A stretch of 63,433 bases of DNA, counting the filler, from Octopus bimaculoides (lineage: Eukaryota): assembly GCF_001194135.2 (NCBI RefSeq). It is 8 parts of 8 records of this genome, joined end to end, with 100 filler letters (N's around TTAATTAATTAA, not from the genome) between each part and the next. Parts side by side here need not be neighbours in the genome. Positions count along the whole stretch, not along the records: positions 35,227 to 45,792 come from NC_068982.1; positions 45,893 to 50,563 come from NC_068986.1; positions 50,664 to 55,877 come from NC_068996.1; 5 more parts are not named here. One strand, 5' to 3'. The notes under the pieces are model-generated. The model had not been told where the DNA came from. It saw only the letters and a program-made list of their open reading frames with translations, and did no database searches. Below are positions 38,281 to 51,398 of the stretch, piece by piece. Position 1 is the stretch's first letter. Each line of letters opens with the position of its first letter. The position numbers were made by a program, and so were the translations under genes.

Positions 38281-39100
38281 ATTTGGTATTAATCTTTATT
38301 TTGTACAACGGTCGTTTCGACCCATCCTGCTACTGTCCCTTATGGGTGAGACTTCCTTCAGCATGTTGGGTTGCATCAATTTTGCAATCTGGGTATCACC
38401 AGTTACATCCGTACATAAAGTTGCGTCTTGCTAAAGATCCTGAGTTTCGGCTGTCATGTTGTCGTATGCCCGCCTGGTTAGGGAATGAAATATCGCTACA
38501 ATTTTCAATTGCTATTATCATTCTTCAATAAGAATAGCAAACACTTGTAACTATAGACAAATAATTGTTGATGAAAAAAAAAATGTTTGTAGGGGGGGTT
38601 AATGGATGGATAGGAAAGGATTGGGTTGCACTGAGTTTAAGGCAGAGGAATGGTACTAGAAGAAAGGAGAGATATATATGCAGGCTGTAGTGTCTAGTGG
38701 GCAGAAGCTTGTTTAGCTAGCTAGCTTAGATGAGGATATGTATACACACATGCACACACACACACACACACTCTCACTCGTACATGCACACATCTTTTAT
38801 TTTTTATATCAACAATTATTTGTCTATATTTACAAGTGTTTGGAACTCTTATTGAAGAGAGATAATAGTCATTGAAAATTGTAGCAATGTTTCATTCCCT
38901 AACCAGACGGGCATAATACAATATGACAGCCAAAATTCAGGATCTTGAGCGAGACACAACTTTATGTATGGTTGTACCTGATGAGACCCAGACTGCAAAA
39001 TTGATACAACATATGTTGAAGGGAGTCCCACCCATAAGAGATAGCAAGCAGCAGGCTAGGTCGAAACAACCGTTGTAGAAAATAACGATTAATACCAAAT
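38281..39100. repeat. 820-bp inverted repeat (arms about 38281-38586 and 38791-39100), each arm carrying a hammerhead-like motif; probably inverted PLE pseudo-LTRs
   Basis: atttggtattaatc...caaataattgttgatgaaaaaa mirrored by tttttatatcaacaattatttg...gattaataccaaat, with clearly diverged arms. Confidence 0.9.
38972..39080 (+). ncRNA. Type I hammerhead ribozyme candidate with intact catalytic core
   Basis: ttgtac, CTGATGA (38978-38984), GACC...(70-nt loop)...GGTC (39059-39062), GAAA, C-aacc-G, TT, gtagaa. Putative cleavage after 39074 (GUU). Confidence 0.7.
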
Positions 39101-39414
39101 CCATCTTCTCGTTACTTAAGAAATTATTATTATTATTATTATTATTATTATTTCAACTAATGAAGCGGAGTTCCTGAAGTAGATCCAACGGAAATTTAAC
39201 CTGACTGCGGATGACACCAGTTAGCCCAAACTGTGCCAGGGCTCTACTCAACACTCCAGCACACTAATCGACATGCACCCATTAGTCCAAAATATTAGAT
39301 ATACATACACACACCAGCTCAACTTTATTCGTTTTTATTGGTCAAAATAAAACCCGTTGTTATTGTTTTGTTTGTATTTGTCATTGTGTAACATTTTCTT
39401 CGTTTTGTTTCCCC

Positions 39415-39670
39415 CCATTCATTCTCTTCATTTAGCAACCTTTCATAGAGGTGTCTCCAAGTTTCTCTCCTTGCAGCCTCATTAAATGCAAGTGAGCCAT
39501 CATCCAAATCGACACATTTCTCCCCTATGACATCACGATTCTCTCTCACACACTGTCTTGCAGCACGAAACACTTCAAGTCTTTGATCCTCACGGTGCAG
39601 AACATTGGCAGAACCATCGGCTTTTACAGCATGTTGACGCAGGTAGTTTTTCCTGTCCCTTTCGACTTTT
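39415..39670 (-). mobile_element. RTE-like LINE ORF2 fragment (region between endonuclease and RT)
   Basis: EDQRLEVFRAARQCVRENRDVIGEKCVDLDDGSLAFNEAARRETWRHLYERLLNEENEW. Confidence 0.8.
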
Positions 39671-39713
39671 AGTTCCTGCAATTGAAAAAACCGCATTGTT
39701 TATGGGTTGACCC

Positions 39714-39807
<94 letters not shown>

Positions 39808-40877
39808 CGTGTGTGTGTGTATGTGCATGTGTATGCAACAATCTTGCGTAAGACGCACACACACGCACACACGCGCGCGCAAATACACACATATGCTATA
39901 ACTCTCAAACTTTGGTGAGTGTTTGGGGTGTAGTTGCAATATACGGTGTGCTTTGGTCTTTTTAGACCACTTCCAAGTTTGACAACAATCGAGTACAGAA
40001 TGATATATTGCAATGACCCTGAAAAGGAGAAAAAGCATAATTGTCATTGGTGATATTTGAACTCAGAGTGCAGTGATCTGGTATGAATACCGCAAAGTAA
40101 TCTATCCGAAGCTCTAAACGACTCATCCAATTTATCTTGTGAGTGATTGTATGCGTGTATGTGTGTGCGCAAACATTTATCCACTCGTACATACATTCGC
40201 ATACTTTTAGGCGTTTACATAGAAACAAATAAAGGCTGTGAGGAATGTCGTAGTCGAGCGGAAGTTGGGTTAGGATTGTGGTTGGTAAGAAAAGAGTGTG
40301 GTCGGTAAAAAAAAATTAGCCAGTGAAAAACGTTGAGAAATATCATTGGGGTCAGCTGGTGGAAACATTTAGGAGACGGAGAGATACATGTGTGTAAATG
40401 ATGTATATATATATATATNNNNNNNNNNNNNNNNNNNNNNNNNNNNNNNNNNNNNNNNNNNNNNNNNNNNNNNNNNNNNNNNNNNNNNNNNNNNNNNNNN
40501 NNNNNNNNNNNNNNNNNNNNNNNNNNNNNNNNNNNNNNNNNNNNNNNNNNNNNNNNNNNNNNNNNNNNNNNNNNNNNNNNNNNNNATATATCTGCAGATG
40601 CGTACGTGGACTACACACACTCGTATATACAAACATACGTACACAGATTATGCAACAGTCTTCATACAAGCGTATTCACTCACGTATACATACATAAACA
40701 TATTCAAACGCATATTTACACAAGCATAGAGACTAGTATCAGGGGTTCTACAAATTAAATCAGGAAGATGGCGACAAGACGACGCTGGTAATAAAGCAGA
40801 GAGACAGATTTGATGCAAGGCTGAAATCTGGGAAAGCTAGTGTGGAAATGCATCGACAACCCAGTGCTCGTTGGTAT

Positions 40878-41134
40878 CTGGTTCTCAACCATTAAAACAT
40901 TTTTTTTACCTCTGGAGCTCTTCGATTCCTATTTTACTGGGATGGACCCTCATAGCCTTTCGTTGTTTAAAATATCCTATTATATTTTTATTATTAAAAA
41001 TCATTAAGTATTATACAAAAAGTTTTAAAATATTTGGAGTATTGTAGAAGTAAAACCAAGTTTTTGTATATTAACTTTAACAACAAAATCTTATATGGGC
41101 CCCTGAGGACCATTTGGACTTCGGTTGAACACTA
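40878..41134. mobile_element. Possible hAT-type MITE
   Basis: Termini ggttctcaacc / ggttgaacact resemble MER5/Charlie-type ends; AT-rich interior; no TSD resolved. Confidence 0.35.
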
Positions 41135-41424
41135 CAGCTCTATACGATTACTGTGAGAAGACAATGGTTTTTGTTTTTTTCTCCTGTCCTTGTGCTGGAA
41201 TTGAAGCGAAAGAGAGATGTGTATTAATGTGTAGAGGGGAGCTCATTATGTGAGGGGCTTTAAGCGTGCATTGAACAAATGATTCTGCTCTTAACTAATA
41301 ACCTGTGTTTAGAATCTGGTGGACAGAAACTGAACAAAAGACCAGTGTATACACAGGCATGCACGCACACAAATGCACACACACACACAATCCCCGTGCG
41401 TGCATATAAGTATGTGGGTACATA

Positions 41425-41763
41425 TGGCATCTTGGGCAAGTGTCTTCTACTATAGCCTCGGGCCGACCAAAGCCTTGTGAGTGGATTTGGTAGACGGAAA
41501 CTGAAAGAAGCCTGTCGTATATATGTATATATGTATGTGTGTATGTGTTTGTATGTCTGTGTTTGTCCCCCCAACATCGCTTGACAACCGATGCTGGTGT
41601 GTTTATGTCCCCGTAACTTAGCGGTTCGGCAAAAGAGACCGATAGAATAAGTACTAGGCTTCCAAAGAATAAGTCCTGGGGTCGATTTGCTCGACTAAAG
41701 GCGGTGCTCCAGCATGGCCACAGTCAAAAGACAAACAAGTAAAAGAGTAAAAGAGTAAAGAGT
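41425..41763 (+). mobile_element. SINE family A, well-preserved 5'-truncated copy
   Basis: cttgggcaagtgtcttctactatagcctcgggccgaccaaagccttgtgagtggatttggtagacggaaactgaaagaagcc...ggcggtgctccagcatggccacagtc...(gtaaaaga)n tail. Confidence 0.95.
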
Positions 41764-42667
41764 ATACATATGTATGCGTGCTTGAGTGCGTGTGTATGTG
41801 AGTGCCTGTGCTTCTTCTACTATATAACGAAGTGTTATAAAGTAGCAGTTTGAAACTAATGTCCACGCCCACAAGGAATATATCAAAAACGGCTTCGAAT
41901 TTTGTTTGTAGCTGAAACTAATAGTATTGACTACTTTAAGACACCTTCACGAGGTAGAATCCCATGAAAATAGTTACCTTTTATGTAGACATCAAGAACT
42001 TTCTCTGTCCTTCCTATCGATTGTTAATCTACCAATGCTAAGAGAAAATGAAAAATAAAAATAAAAACACGTTTGGTGAATTTTTTCCAGACCGTAATTA
42101 TTTTCCATATGTATGTATGTATGTATGTATGTGTGTGTGTTTACACGCACACAAATACGTGTCTATGTGTATGTACATGTGTACATACTTCCCCTTTAGG
42201 TATTGGCGGAAGATGTAAATGTAAACATTGGCAAAAAAAGAGGCGTAATTCAAAGGAAATCCTTTAAACGAGTTACATACTCTCCCGCTTTCACTGTTAC
42301 CGTCAGATAGGCAGTGAACAATGATTGCCTCATTAGAAATTTGTAACTAACGACACTATTGTTCACAAATTGTGATACAAAATATATAAAATAAATACGA
42401 TAGGAAATAAAATGGAAATAAAACTATATATAATGGAATTCTGCCAATATAACATACTTTCCTAAACAGCTACTATTCAGTTTGCGTGTGTTAAATGAAA
42501 CTGGTGGCACCATTTATACACATTTATATCGCAGTTTCAAACCTTTAATGAATGTTCATCATAAAATATATTTTGTATAATAGAAATTATTGTTGCGAAA
42601 CTGAGACATTGCTCCTCTCAAGAAAATCTTTCTCGTGCACTCTCATGTTAGTGGATCATCATAAAGA

Positions 42668-43275
42668 CAAGTGGAAAAGTTTAAATATCTCGGGGCCATA
42701 TTCGCGAACGGTGGGAAACAGAACGTTAAATAGATGATAGAATTGCAGGTGCAATCACAATAATGTGTCAGCTCCAACAATTGATCCCCAAAAGAGGGGA
42801 GCCTGCTATAAATGCCGAACTCACTATCTTCGATTCAGTTTTCGTGCCAGTCCTATGATCATGAATGTTGGGTAGTGACCAAATGTGTACGATCGCAAAT
42901 ACAAGCAGGATAAATGAGGTTTCTCTGGAGGATCTCACGAAAAACGGTACTCAAGGGTTCATAGCTCAGAGATGAGGGATTCTCTCCAGTTTGAGTCGAT
43001 ACTTCTCCGTATTGAAAGGTTACAGCTCCCGTACTACGGACATGTGATTAGAATGACGCATGAAAGAGTCGAAAGACGGATTCCTCATGACGGGTGAACC
43101 GGCAGACGAAAATGAGATCGGATAATAACAAGAATTTAATCCACAGCTGGTAATCTAGCTGGAATGTCTAATGACGGTTGCTTCTAATACAGCCCAATGG
43201 TGGAAGTGGTTAAGGACGCTACCCAACAAGACCCTCACAAGAATAGTGGGGTGAAAAGTTGAATTGTGGGATGGA
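42668..43275 (+). mobile_element. RTE/Expander(Rex3)-like LINE 3' portion, decayed
   Basis: QVEKFKYLGAIF; LTIFDSVFVPVL; HECWVVTKCVRSQIQAG*MRFLWRI; RIERLQLPYYGHVIRM; ends ...gaaaagttgaattgtgggatggat. Confidence 0.85.
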
Positions 43276-44194
43276 TTCCAAGACTGTGTTCTAATATAAT
43301 TTACTTTAAGTCACATTTTCGTGACTAAATATCCGTAGCTGATGATGCAGAAAGCAGAGATAAACAGTTGGAAATATCGGCATCACATCAACAACTGCCG
43401 CTCATAATATAAATTTTCTTCTCAGAGGCGCATTCCAATACTTAACATTCTTTTCTCCATTTTAGATTATTTCGGTAAATTAGTATACCATCAACTCTCT
43501 CAATTATTAACAGTCAAACCAATGACATAATACTTAGCTTATTTTCGTGCAATTGTACTAACTGTTGCTGCTAAAAATATCCTCAGTTTTTTTTTTCTCC
43601 ATGTAAGCATTTCTGTCGAATGCTATACAGATCCAGGATGACCATGTTGCTCTGACAGTTTCCTAATTTCAAAGCATGTTGGCTATGACTCTCATCATTC
43701 AAAAATATTTTCTATGAAATACTTAAATTATTGAAATTGTCTTCCTTTTCCTGTGAGAGCTGCTGGTAATTGTCGCTGGAATTTTGCTTACTTTCCGAAA
43801 TACTGACTTCTATTCATTAAGATTGTTTATATGCGTCATTCAATACACACCACCAAGCTGTTTATTACCTAAATTCATGGTTTTGAGGCATTTGATTTAT
43901 TGCCCTTAAATATTTCATTTCGCATTTTTCTCTATTCAGTTGCAAATAGTCTACATTCTGTCTGGTTGAAATGGCTGACATTTTAGGGGCGCAGAAATGA
44001 TTGTTTATTATCTACATGTTTTATTTTTCAACGATATTAACAGCAAAAGTGAAATGAAATAGTTTCAACCTAGTAGTGTTTGACACCGGTGTTAGAACAG
44101 CATTAACGATTCCCCGCCCTCTACTTTTATCAGCGGCACTAGTCAGGTTCAAATGATAAATTACCAGCCGTTTACACATAATACACACACACAT

Positions 44195-44253
<59 letters not shown>

Positions 44254-44303
44254 NNNNNNNNNNNNNNNNNNNNNNNNNNNNNNNNNNNNNNNNNNNNNNN
44301 NNN

Positions 44304-44352
<49 letters not shown>

Positions 44353-45192
44353 GTCCAAAACACTAGGTTTTATTTTTAGCAGTCTCTCTCCAGAAATTAA
44401 AATAAGGTCAAGATTTTAAAACATTTCCATGATTGAAATAACTCGCTTAAGGTAAAATTACCTGGTGCACATCTTAGACAGTTAAAGACATATTTTTCGT
44501 GTTTATGAACACACGTTTCACTCTTGAAATTCTAAATTTCTTGAAATCATTTTCCCTTTCTAATTCAAGTTTACGAGCGATTACAGTGAGGTGCTATATT
44601 TTCTTCCCTGTCTACAATGAAAGTTTTAACAAATCATCTATTTATTGTATGCTGTATTCAATAGATTCCTAACGACGTTCATATAAAATCTCATGCCACT
44701 AGCATCTTCGATCCATACTCTCTTAGCTCGTTTAACACATTCGCTTATGTAAAATATAGCACTCAGTATCTTTGTATTTTGGTATTAGTATGTATTAGTT
44801 TTAGGTGCCGCGAGCAAAACTCACAAACTGTCAAATCATCAACTGTTTTAAATTAAAAGTTTAATCTTTATTCAATTTCTTTCTTTGACTGCATTACGAA
44901 GGCTTTCTAATCACAGTGCTTCGTGCTAATCAGAATGCTTCGTGCTAATCAGAATGCTTCGTGCAAGCGACATCATTCTCTCACTCACACACTCACTCAT
45001 TTGCTCACTCACTTGCTCACTCACTTGCTCACTCACTCACTCATATTCTCTCTCTTTCTCTGTCGCGCTCTTCTTGTGTCTATACTGACACGCACTTGCA
45101 CACATATAGGTATATATATGTAGGTGTATGTTTATAACATACATCTATCTAAAAAATACATATACACATATTCATGTGTGTGTGTGTGTGAG

Positions 45193-45247
<55 letters not shown>

Positions 45248-45984
45248 CATATATATACATATATATGTACATATATATGTATGTGTGTATATATGTGTGC
45301 ATGTATATATGTATACATATATACATACACGTAAACATATCTTAATGGAAGGATTAAGACGACCACCATTCAATAAAATACATCGTACATATTAAAACGC
45401 AGTGTTTATTTATTCTTATCAGAACATAGAATATATACATATATATATATACATACATTCACATGTACATACATATGCACACACACACGCACACACACAC
45501 ACACACACACGTCTACACACTTACCCTATTACTCACGTACATCCATAAGTACATACGTGCATACTCACATACATATATACATACATGTGTATAGACATGC
45601 ACACATGCATACGCATGTACACAGATGCATACGCGCACAGATGTACACGCACATACATACATACATACATACATACATACATACACATGTACATATATAT
45701 CATGAACTAACTATTACTTTCTCAGATGCAGCACAGAATTTTGTCAGTGAACAGGTCGCGGTCTCAAAGCGACGAAAATATTTTGACAAATTNNNNNNNN
45801 NNNNNNNNNNNNNNNNNNNNNNNNNNNNNNNNNNNNTTAATTAATTAANNNNNNNNNNNNNNNNNNNNNNNNNNNNNNNNNNNNNNNNNNNNCCGCCGGG
45901 GATTAGAGGGGATGTTCATGGCTGAATTGTTTTTGATCATAGGCCTACTTGATCAGAGCTAACCTGAGGTTAATCAAACAACCA

Positions 45985-46210
45985 AACCAACACCGGTTGT
46001 CAAGCAGTGGTGGGTGACAAACACAAAGACTTACACACATACATGTATGCTTACATATATACAACAGGCTTCCATACAATTTCCGTCTATCCAAATCATT
46101 CACAAGGTATCAGTCAGCTCAGGGCTATAGTAGAAGACACTTGATCAAGGTGCTACGCAGTGGGATTGAACCCGAAGCAACGTGCTGACAAGGCGAGCAG
46201 CCATACCTGC
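45985..46210 (-). mobile_element. SINE family A
   Basis: caacaccggttgtcaagcagtgg...ttccgtctatccaaatcattcacaagg...gggctatagtagaagacacttg. Confidence 0.8.
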
Positions 46211-47477
46211 ACGTATGGGGAATCACTCTTAATGAATTCGTCCAACATCAGTTGCTCTTATATGTTGGACGTTATCCAACTGTCAGCTACTGCCATTGTC
46301 TGATTCGTTGGCAGTCAGGAGAAACAGTTATAGATTTGTCACACGTTAGGTGACGGTGAGTAATTTAGTATGTATCCATACGGTAGCGGTATGTGAACGA
46401 TACTATTACATCAGCTGTGTAATGTGAACGATACTATAACATCTGCTCAGCCCTAGCCATTCAGTTATCATTGGATGACTCGATGACAAGAAAACAGGAA
46501 GAGAATGAATTCATCGACGGAAGTATTTCCGTTTGACATCTTTGACAGACACGTTTTAAACCCTGCCCCATTATAATCCAAGCTTCATAATTAAATCACA
46601 AATCCACTCATTTGAAAAAAAAAAAAAAGAAAAAAATTACTTTGATCGCTCAATAATCTGACATACACCTCACCCTAAGTAAACATACACACATACATAC
46701 ATACATACGTACAGACATACAGACATACATACATACATACACATATCTACATATGTAAATGTAGCACTCTCTCTCTAACTATATATACAATTGTATGAGA
46801 ATATATATATACCTTATATATATNNNNNNNNNNNNNNNNNNNNNNNNNNNNNNNNNNNNNNNNNNNNNNNNNNNNNNNNNNNNNNNNNNNNNNNNNNNNN
46901 NNNNNNNNNNNNNNNNNNNNNNNNNNNNNNNNNNNNNNNNNNNNNNNNNNNNNNNNNNNNNNNNNNNNNNNNNNNNNNNNNNNNNNNNNNNNNNNNNNNN
47001 NNNNNNNNNNNNNNNNNNNNNNNNNNNNNNNNNNNNNNNNNNNNNNNNNNNNNNNNNNNNNNNNNNNNNNNNNNNNNNNNNNNNNNNNNNNNNNNNNNNN
47101 NNNNNNNNNNNNNNNNNNNNNNNNNNNNNNNNNNNNNNNNNNNNNNNNNNNNNNNNNNNNNNNNNNNNNNNNNNNNNNNNNNNNNNNNNNNNNNNNNNNN
47201 NNNNNNNNNNNNNNNNNNNNNNNNNNNNNNNNNNNNNNNNNNNNNNNNNNNNNNNNNNNNNNNNNNNNNNNNNNNNNNNNNNNNNNNNNNNNNNNNNNNN
47301 NNNNNNNNNNNNNNNNNNNNNNNNNNNNNNNNNNNNNNNNNNNNNNNNNNNNNNNNNNNNNNNNNNNNNNNNNNNNNNNNNNNNNNNNNNNNNNNNNNNN
47401 NNNNNNNNNNNNNNNNNNNNNNNNNNNNNNNNNNNNNNNNNNNNNNNNNNNNNNNNNNNNNNNNNNNNNNNNNNNNN

Positions 47478-47524
<47 letters not shown>

Positions 47525-47917
47525 GTGTGTATATGTGAATAGCTATATAATAGAGTATATGAAAATACACAAGTCACTGATATTATTAGCTTATACATAC
47601 ACATGCTCACAGGCATATAAATACATATATATACACATACACATATATATACATACATATATATATATATTCACATATTGATATGTATACAAAATCACCC
47701 ACCCACCACTGATTCACAGATACAAACAGGTGTATATATTTGCGATATATATACATATATACATAATCACACCCAAACGAATACACATACATATATATGT
47801 ATATACTTTCACACATATATATTCAAAATCATGACCATGAACACACACTTAAACAAATTTCTTTCTCTCTGTCTCTCTGTCTCTCTGTCTGTGCCTCCCT
47901 GTCTCTGTATGTCTGTG

Positions 47918-47952
<35 letters not shown>

Positions 47953-48759
47953 NNNNNNNNNNNNNNNNNNNNNNNNNNNNNNNNNNNNNNNNNNNNNNNN
48001 NNNNNNNNNNNNNNNNNNNNNNNNNNNNNNNNNNNNNNNNNNNNNNNNNNNNNNNNNNNNNNNNNNNNNNNNNNNNNNNNNNNNNNNNNNNNNNNNNNNN
48101 NNNNNNNNNNNNNNNNNNNNNNNNNNNNNNNNNNNNNNNNNNNNNNNNNNNNNNNNNNNNNNNNNNNNNNNNNNNNNNNNNNNNNNNNNNNNNNNNNNNN
48201 NNNNNNNNNNNNNNNNNNNNNNNNNNNNNNNNNNNNNNNNNNNNNNNNNNNNNNNNNNNNNNNNNNNNNNNNNNNNNNNNNNNNNNNNNNNNNNNNNNNN
48301 NNNNNNNNNNNNNNNNNNNNNNNNNNNNNNNNNNNNNNNNNNNNNNNNNNNNNNNNNNNNNNNNNNNNNNNNNNNNNNNNNNNNNNNNNNNNNNNNNNNN
48401 NNNNNNNNNNNNNNNNNNNNNNNNNNNNNNNNNNNNNNNNNNNNNNNNNNNNATATATATATATATATATATATATAGATGTGTGTGCGTGCATATGTAT
48501 ATATGTAGAAGCATGTATCTAAATATACGCTTGTGGAGTGAGACTGTTGAATTTTTTGATATATGTAGACGACCATGAGGTTAATAAACCCGACTGTTGA
48601 TCAATAAAAGTAATTTTGGTCAAGAGCGAAGGATAATAGAGAAAACTAATAAAGCAAAAAGAATAACAGAAGAAGAACTAACACACCTTAATAAAAGAAA
48701 ACAAAATACCAAGAATAATAAGAATTGTATCAAAAAGATATGGAAAGAAGAGAAGGATG

Positions 48760-49019
48760 GAGGAGGAGGAGAGAGAGAGAGAGAGAGAGAGATAGGAATA
48801 GACAGAGAGGGAGAGAGAGAGAGAGATAGGAATAGACAGAGCGAGAGAGGCAGACAGAGATATAAATAGATCGTTAGATAGATAGAGGGAGGCAGACATA
48901 TAGAGATAGATAGATAGAGAGAGAGGCAGACAGAGAGAGAGATAGAGAGAGAGGTAGACAGAGATAGAGATAGATAGATAGATAGAAGAGAGGGAGAGAG
49001 AGAGAGAGAGAGAGAAAGG

Positions 49020-49057
<38 letters not shown>

Positions 49058-49389
49058 TAGAAATAGATAGAGAGAGAGAGAGAGGTAGACAGAGATAGAG
49101 ATAGATAGATAGATAGAGAGACAGAGGGAGGAGAAGCAGACAGATATATATATATATATATATATAGAGTGAGTAGTTGATAGCGATGTATAGAAAGAGA
49201 GAAGGAGAAGGAAAAGGAAGCCGCCAGAGAGAGAGAGAGAGAGAAAGAGAGACGGAGAGTGTGAGAGAGATATATATGGAGAGACAAAGGGAAATAGTGA
49301 GAGGCAGAGAGATAGGGAGAGGCAAAGGAAGAGAGAGAGAGACAGAAGCAGAGAGAAAGAGAGAGAGAGAGAGAGAAAGAGATAGCGAT

Positions 49390-49436
<47 letters not shown>

Positions 49437-49561
49437 GGAATATGTGGAAAAGAGGGAAATAAAATTGAAAGAGAGATAGACAGAGACAGAGAGAGACACA
49501 AGTAGAGAGAGAGGGGCACAGAGAGAGAAAGACATATGTGGAAGTCGGAGAAATAGAATAT

Positions 49562-49605
<44 letters not shown>

Positions 49606-49935
49606 GAGAGAAAGAGAGAGAGAGAGAAAGAAATATGTGGAAGAGGGGGAAATAAAATTGAAAGAGAGATAGACAGAGACAGAGAGAGACACAAGTAGAG
49701 AGAGAGGGGCACAGAGAGAGAAAGACATATGTGGAAGTCGGAGAAATAGAATGTGAAAGAGAGAAAGAGTGAAAGACAGAAAGAGAGGGAGAGAAATAGA
49801 TAGATAGATGTATATAGAGAGAGAGTAGAATGGGAGATCGAAAGAATGGCAGACAAAAAAAATGACAAAGACAGAATGACATTTGGAAGAGAAAAGAGAA
49901 GAGAAGAGAGAAAGAATAAAGAAAGTAGAAAGAAA
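48760..49935. repeat. About 1.2-kb GA-rich low-complexity tract with a roughly 130-bp duplicated unit (49439-49570 and 49632-49762)
   Basis: Direct reading; it generates the 439/448-aa S/L-rich minus-strand pseudo-ORFs. Confidence 0.95.
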
Positions 49936-50682
49936 GCAATAACAGTCACAACAACAACAACAACAACAGCATCATTAATTGTAACGCTGTCAATAGCAAC
50001 CGCATCAACGTTATAAACGATCAAACAACAACAACAACAACAACAAAAACAGCAATGAGAACCGTAGAGTCAACGGAAGAACCTGTGCTTCTACGTGGTC
50101 GTTTGACTTGCTAGAAACAACACCCAAATTGCTCTCAAACCGCACTCAATTGCCTCAAAAATAATAGTATGCACTGGAGGATATTCCAAAGAATAAAGAA
50201 AGAAAGAAAAAAAAATGAGAGAGAGAGAGAAAGGCTGGCTCTGTTGGAAACTTTTTAAATTTTGGTCTGTCTGATGGGTACTGCCACGTATAGGCTTGAT
50301 TGATGAGAACTGGCTGACCTATAGGCCTGCTTGATGGGAGCAGACGTCTATAGGCCCTGCTTCATAAGAGCTAACAAAAAAAAAAACAAAAAAAACAAAG
50401 GAAACTAGCATCTCCGCATTTAACACGTTCTGTTGTCAGGATCCTAAGTGCACCTGCAATCGAAGCACTACAATCCTTCATTAAAGCTGATTAGAAGGTT
50501 AACCACTTTTCATACTCCCAAATGAAACTAGATTTATATTAAGCTTCCCCACCCCCATCACACNNNNNNNNNNNNNNNNNNNNNNNNNNNNNNNNNNNNN
50601 NNNNNNNTTAATTAATTAANNNNNNNNNNNNNNNNNNNNNNNNNNNNNNNNNNNNNNNNNNNNGTGTGTGTGTGTGTGTGTA

Positions 50683-50872
50683 TGGAGGCGCAATGTATCT
50701 CAAATTGGCCAGCCTTGTCACATTGTGTCACGCTGAATATCCCCGAGAACTACGTTAAGGGTACACGTGTCTGTGGAGTGCTCAGCCACTTGCACGTTAA
50801 TTTCACGCGCAGGCTGTTCCGTTGATTGGATCAACTGGAACCCTCGTCGTCGCAACCGACGGAGTGCCACCA
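50683..50872 (+). mobile_element. SINE family B with a large internal deletion
   Basis: tggaggcgcaatg is joined almost directly to cagccttgtcacattgtgtcacgctgaatatcccc...acggagtgccac. Confidence 0.9.
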
Positions 50873-50876
50873 TATG

Positions 50877-50912
<36 letters not shown>

Positions 50913-51124
50913 TGTGTGTATTCATGTGCGTGGTTGTTTCAGTTAGTGTCCATGCTGGCTTATAAGCTATGAGAAAATGAATCCTACACTTGTAGTAAAG
51001 ACAACCTATTTATTTCAGGCATAGTTCTCTCCTGCATCTACTACTGTGTTTGTGCATATAAGTCACACATCCACCCAGCTACCCATCCATCCATCCATCC
51101 ATCCATCCATCCATCCATTCATCC

Positions 51125-51171
<47 letters not shown>

Positions 51172-51398
51172 ATCTTTATCTATCTTTCTCTCTTGTATAT
51201 ATGTAAACAATTATATATATAAACACACGCACATACACTAACACGCACACGCCCACACGGACGGACACACACATATAGAAATAGGCGTGGGTGCGTGGAA
51301 ACATGTTTGATTACCAACCACACGATTCCGTGTTCTGTTCCACTCCATGGCACCTTCGACAATTCTCTCTCTCTCCCCCTCTTTATATATATATATAT

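Noticed and set aside
40759-40778. aagATGGCG...TG|gtaata as a first exon
   Set aside because: Surroundings read like a decayed LINE 3' region (RQPSARW), and no downstream exon could be linked.
43466-44000. Strong plus-strand acceptors at about 43465 and 43938
   Set aside because: Followed by a 9-nt segment or early stops; indistinguishable from chance in T-rich DNA.
48620-50024. 439- and 448-aa S/L-rich minus-strand ORFs
   Set aside because: The (CT)n-rich strand simply lacks stop codons; there is no domain content.
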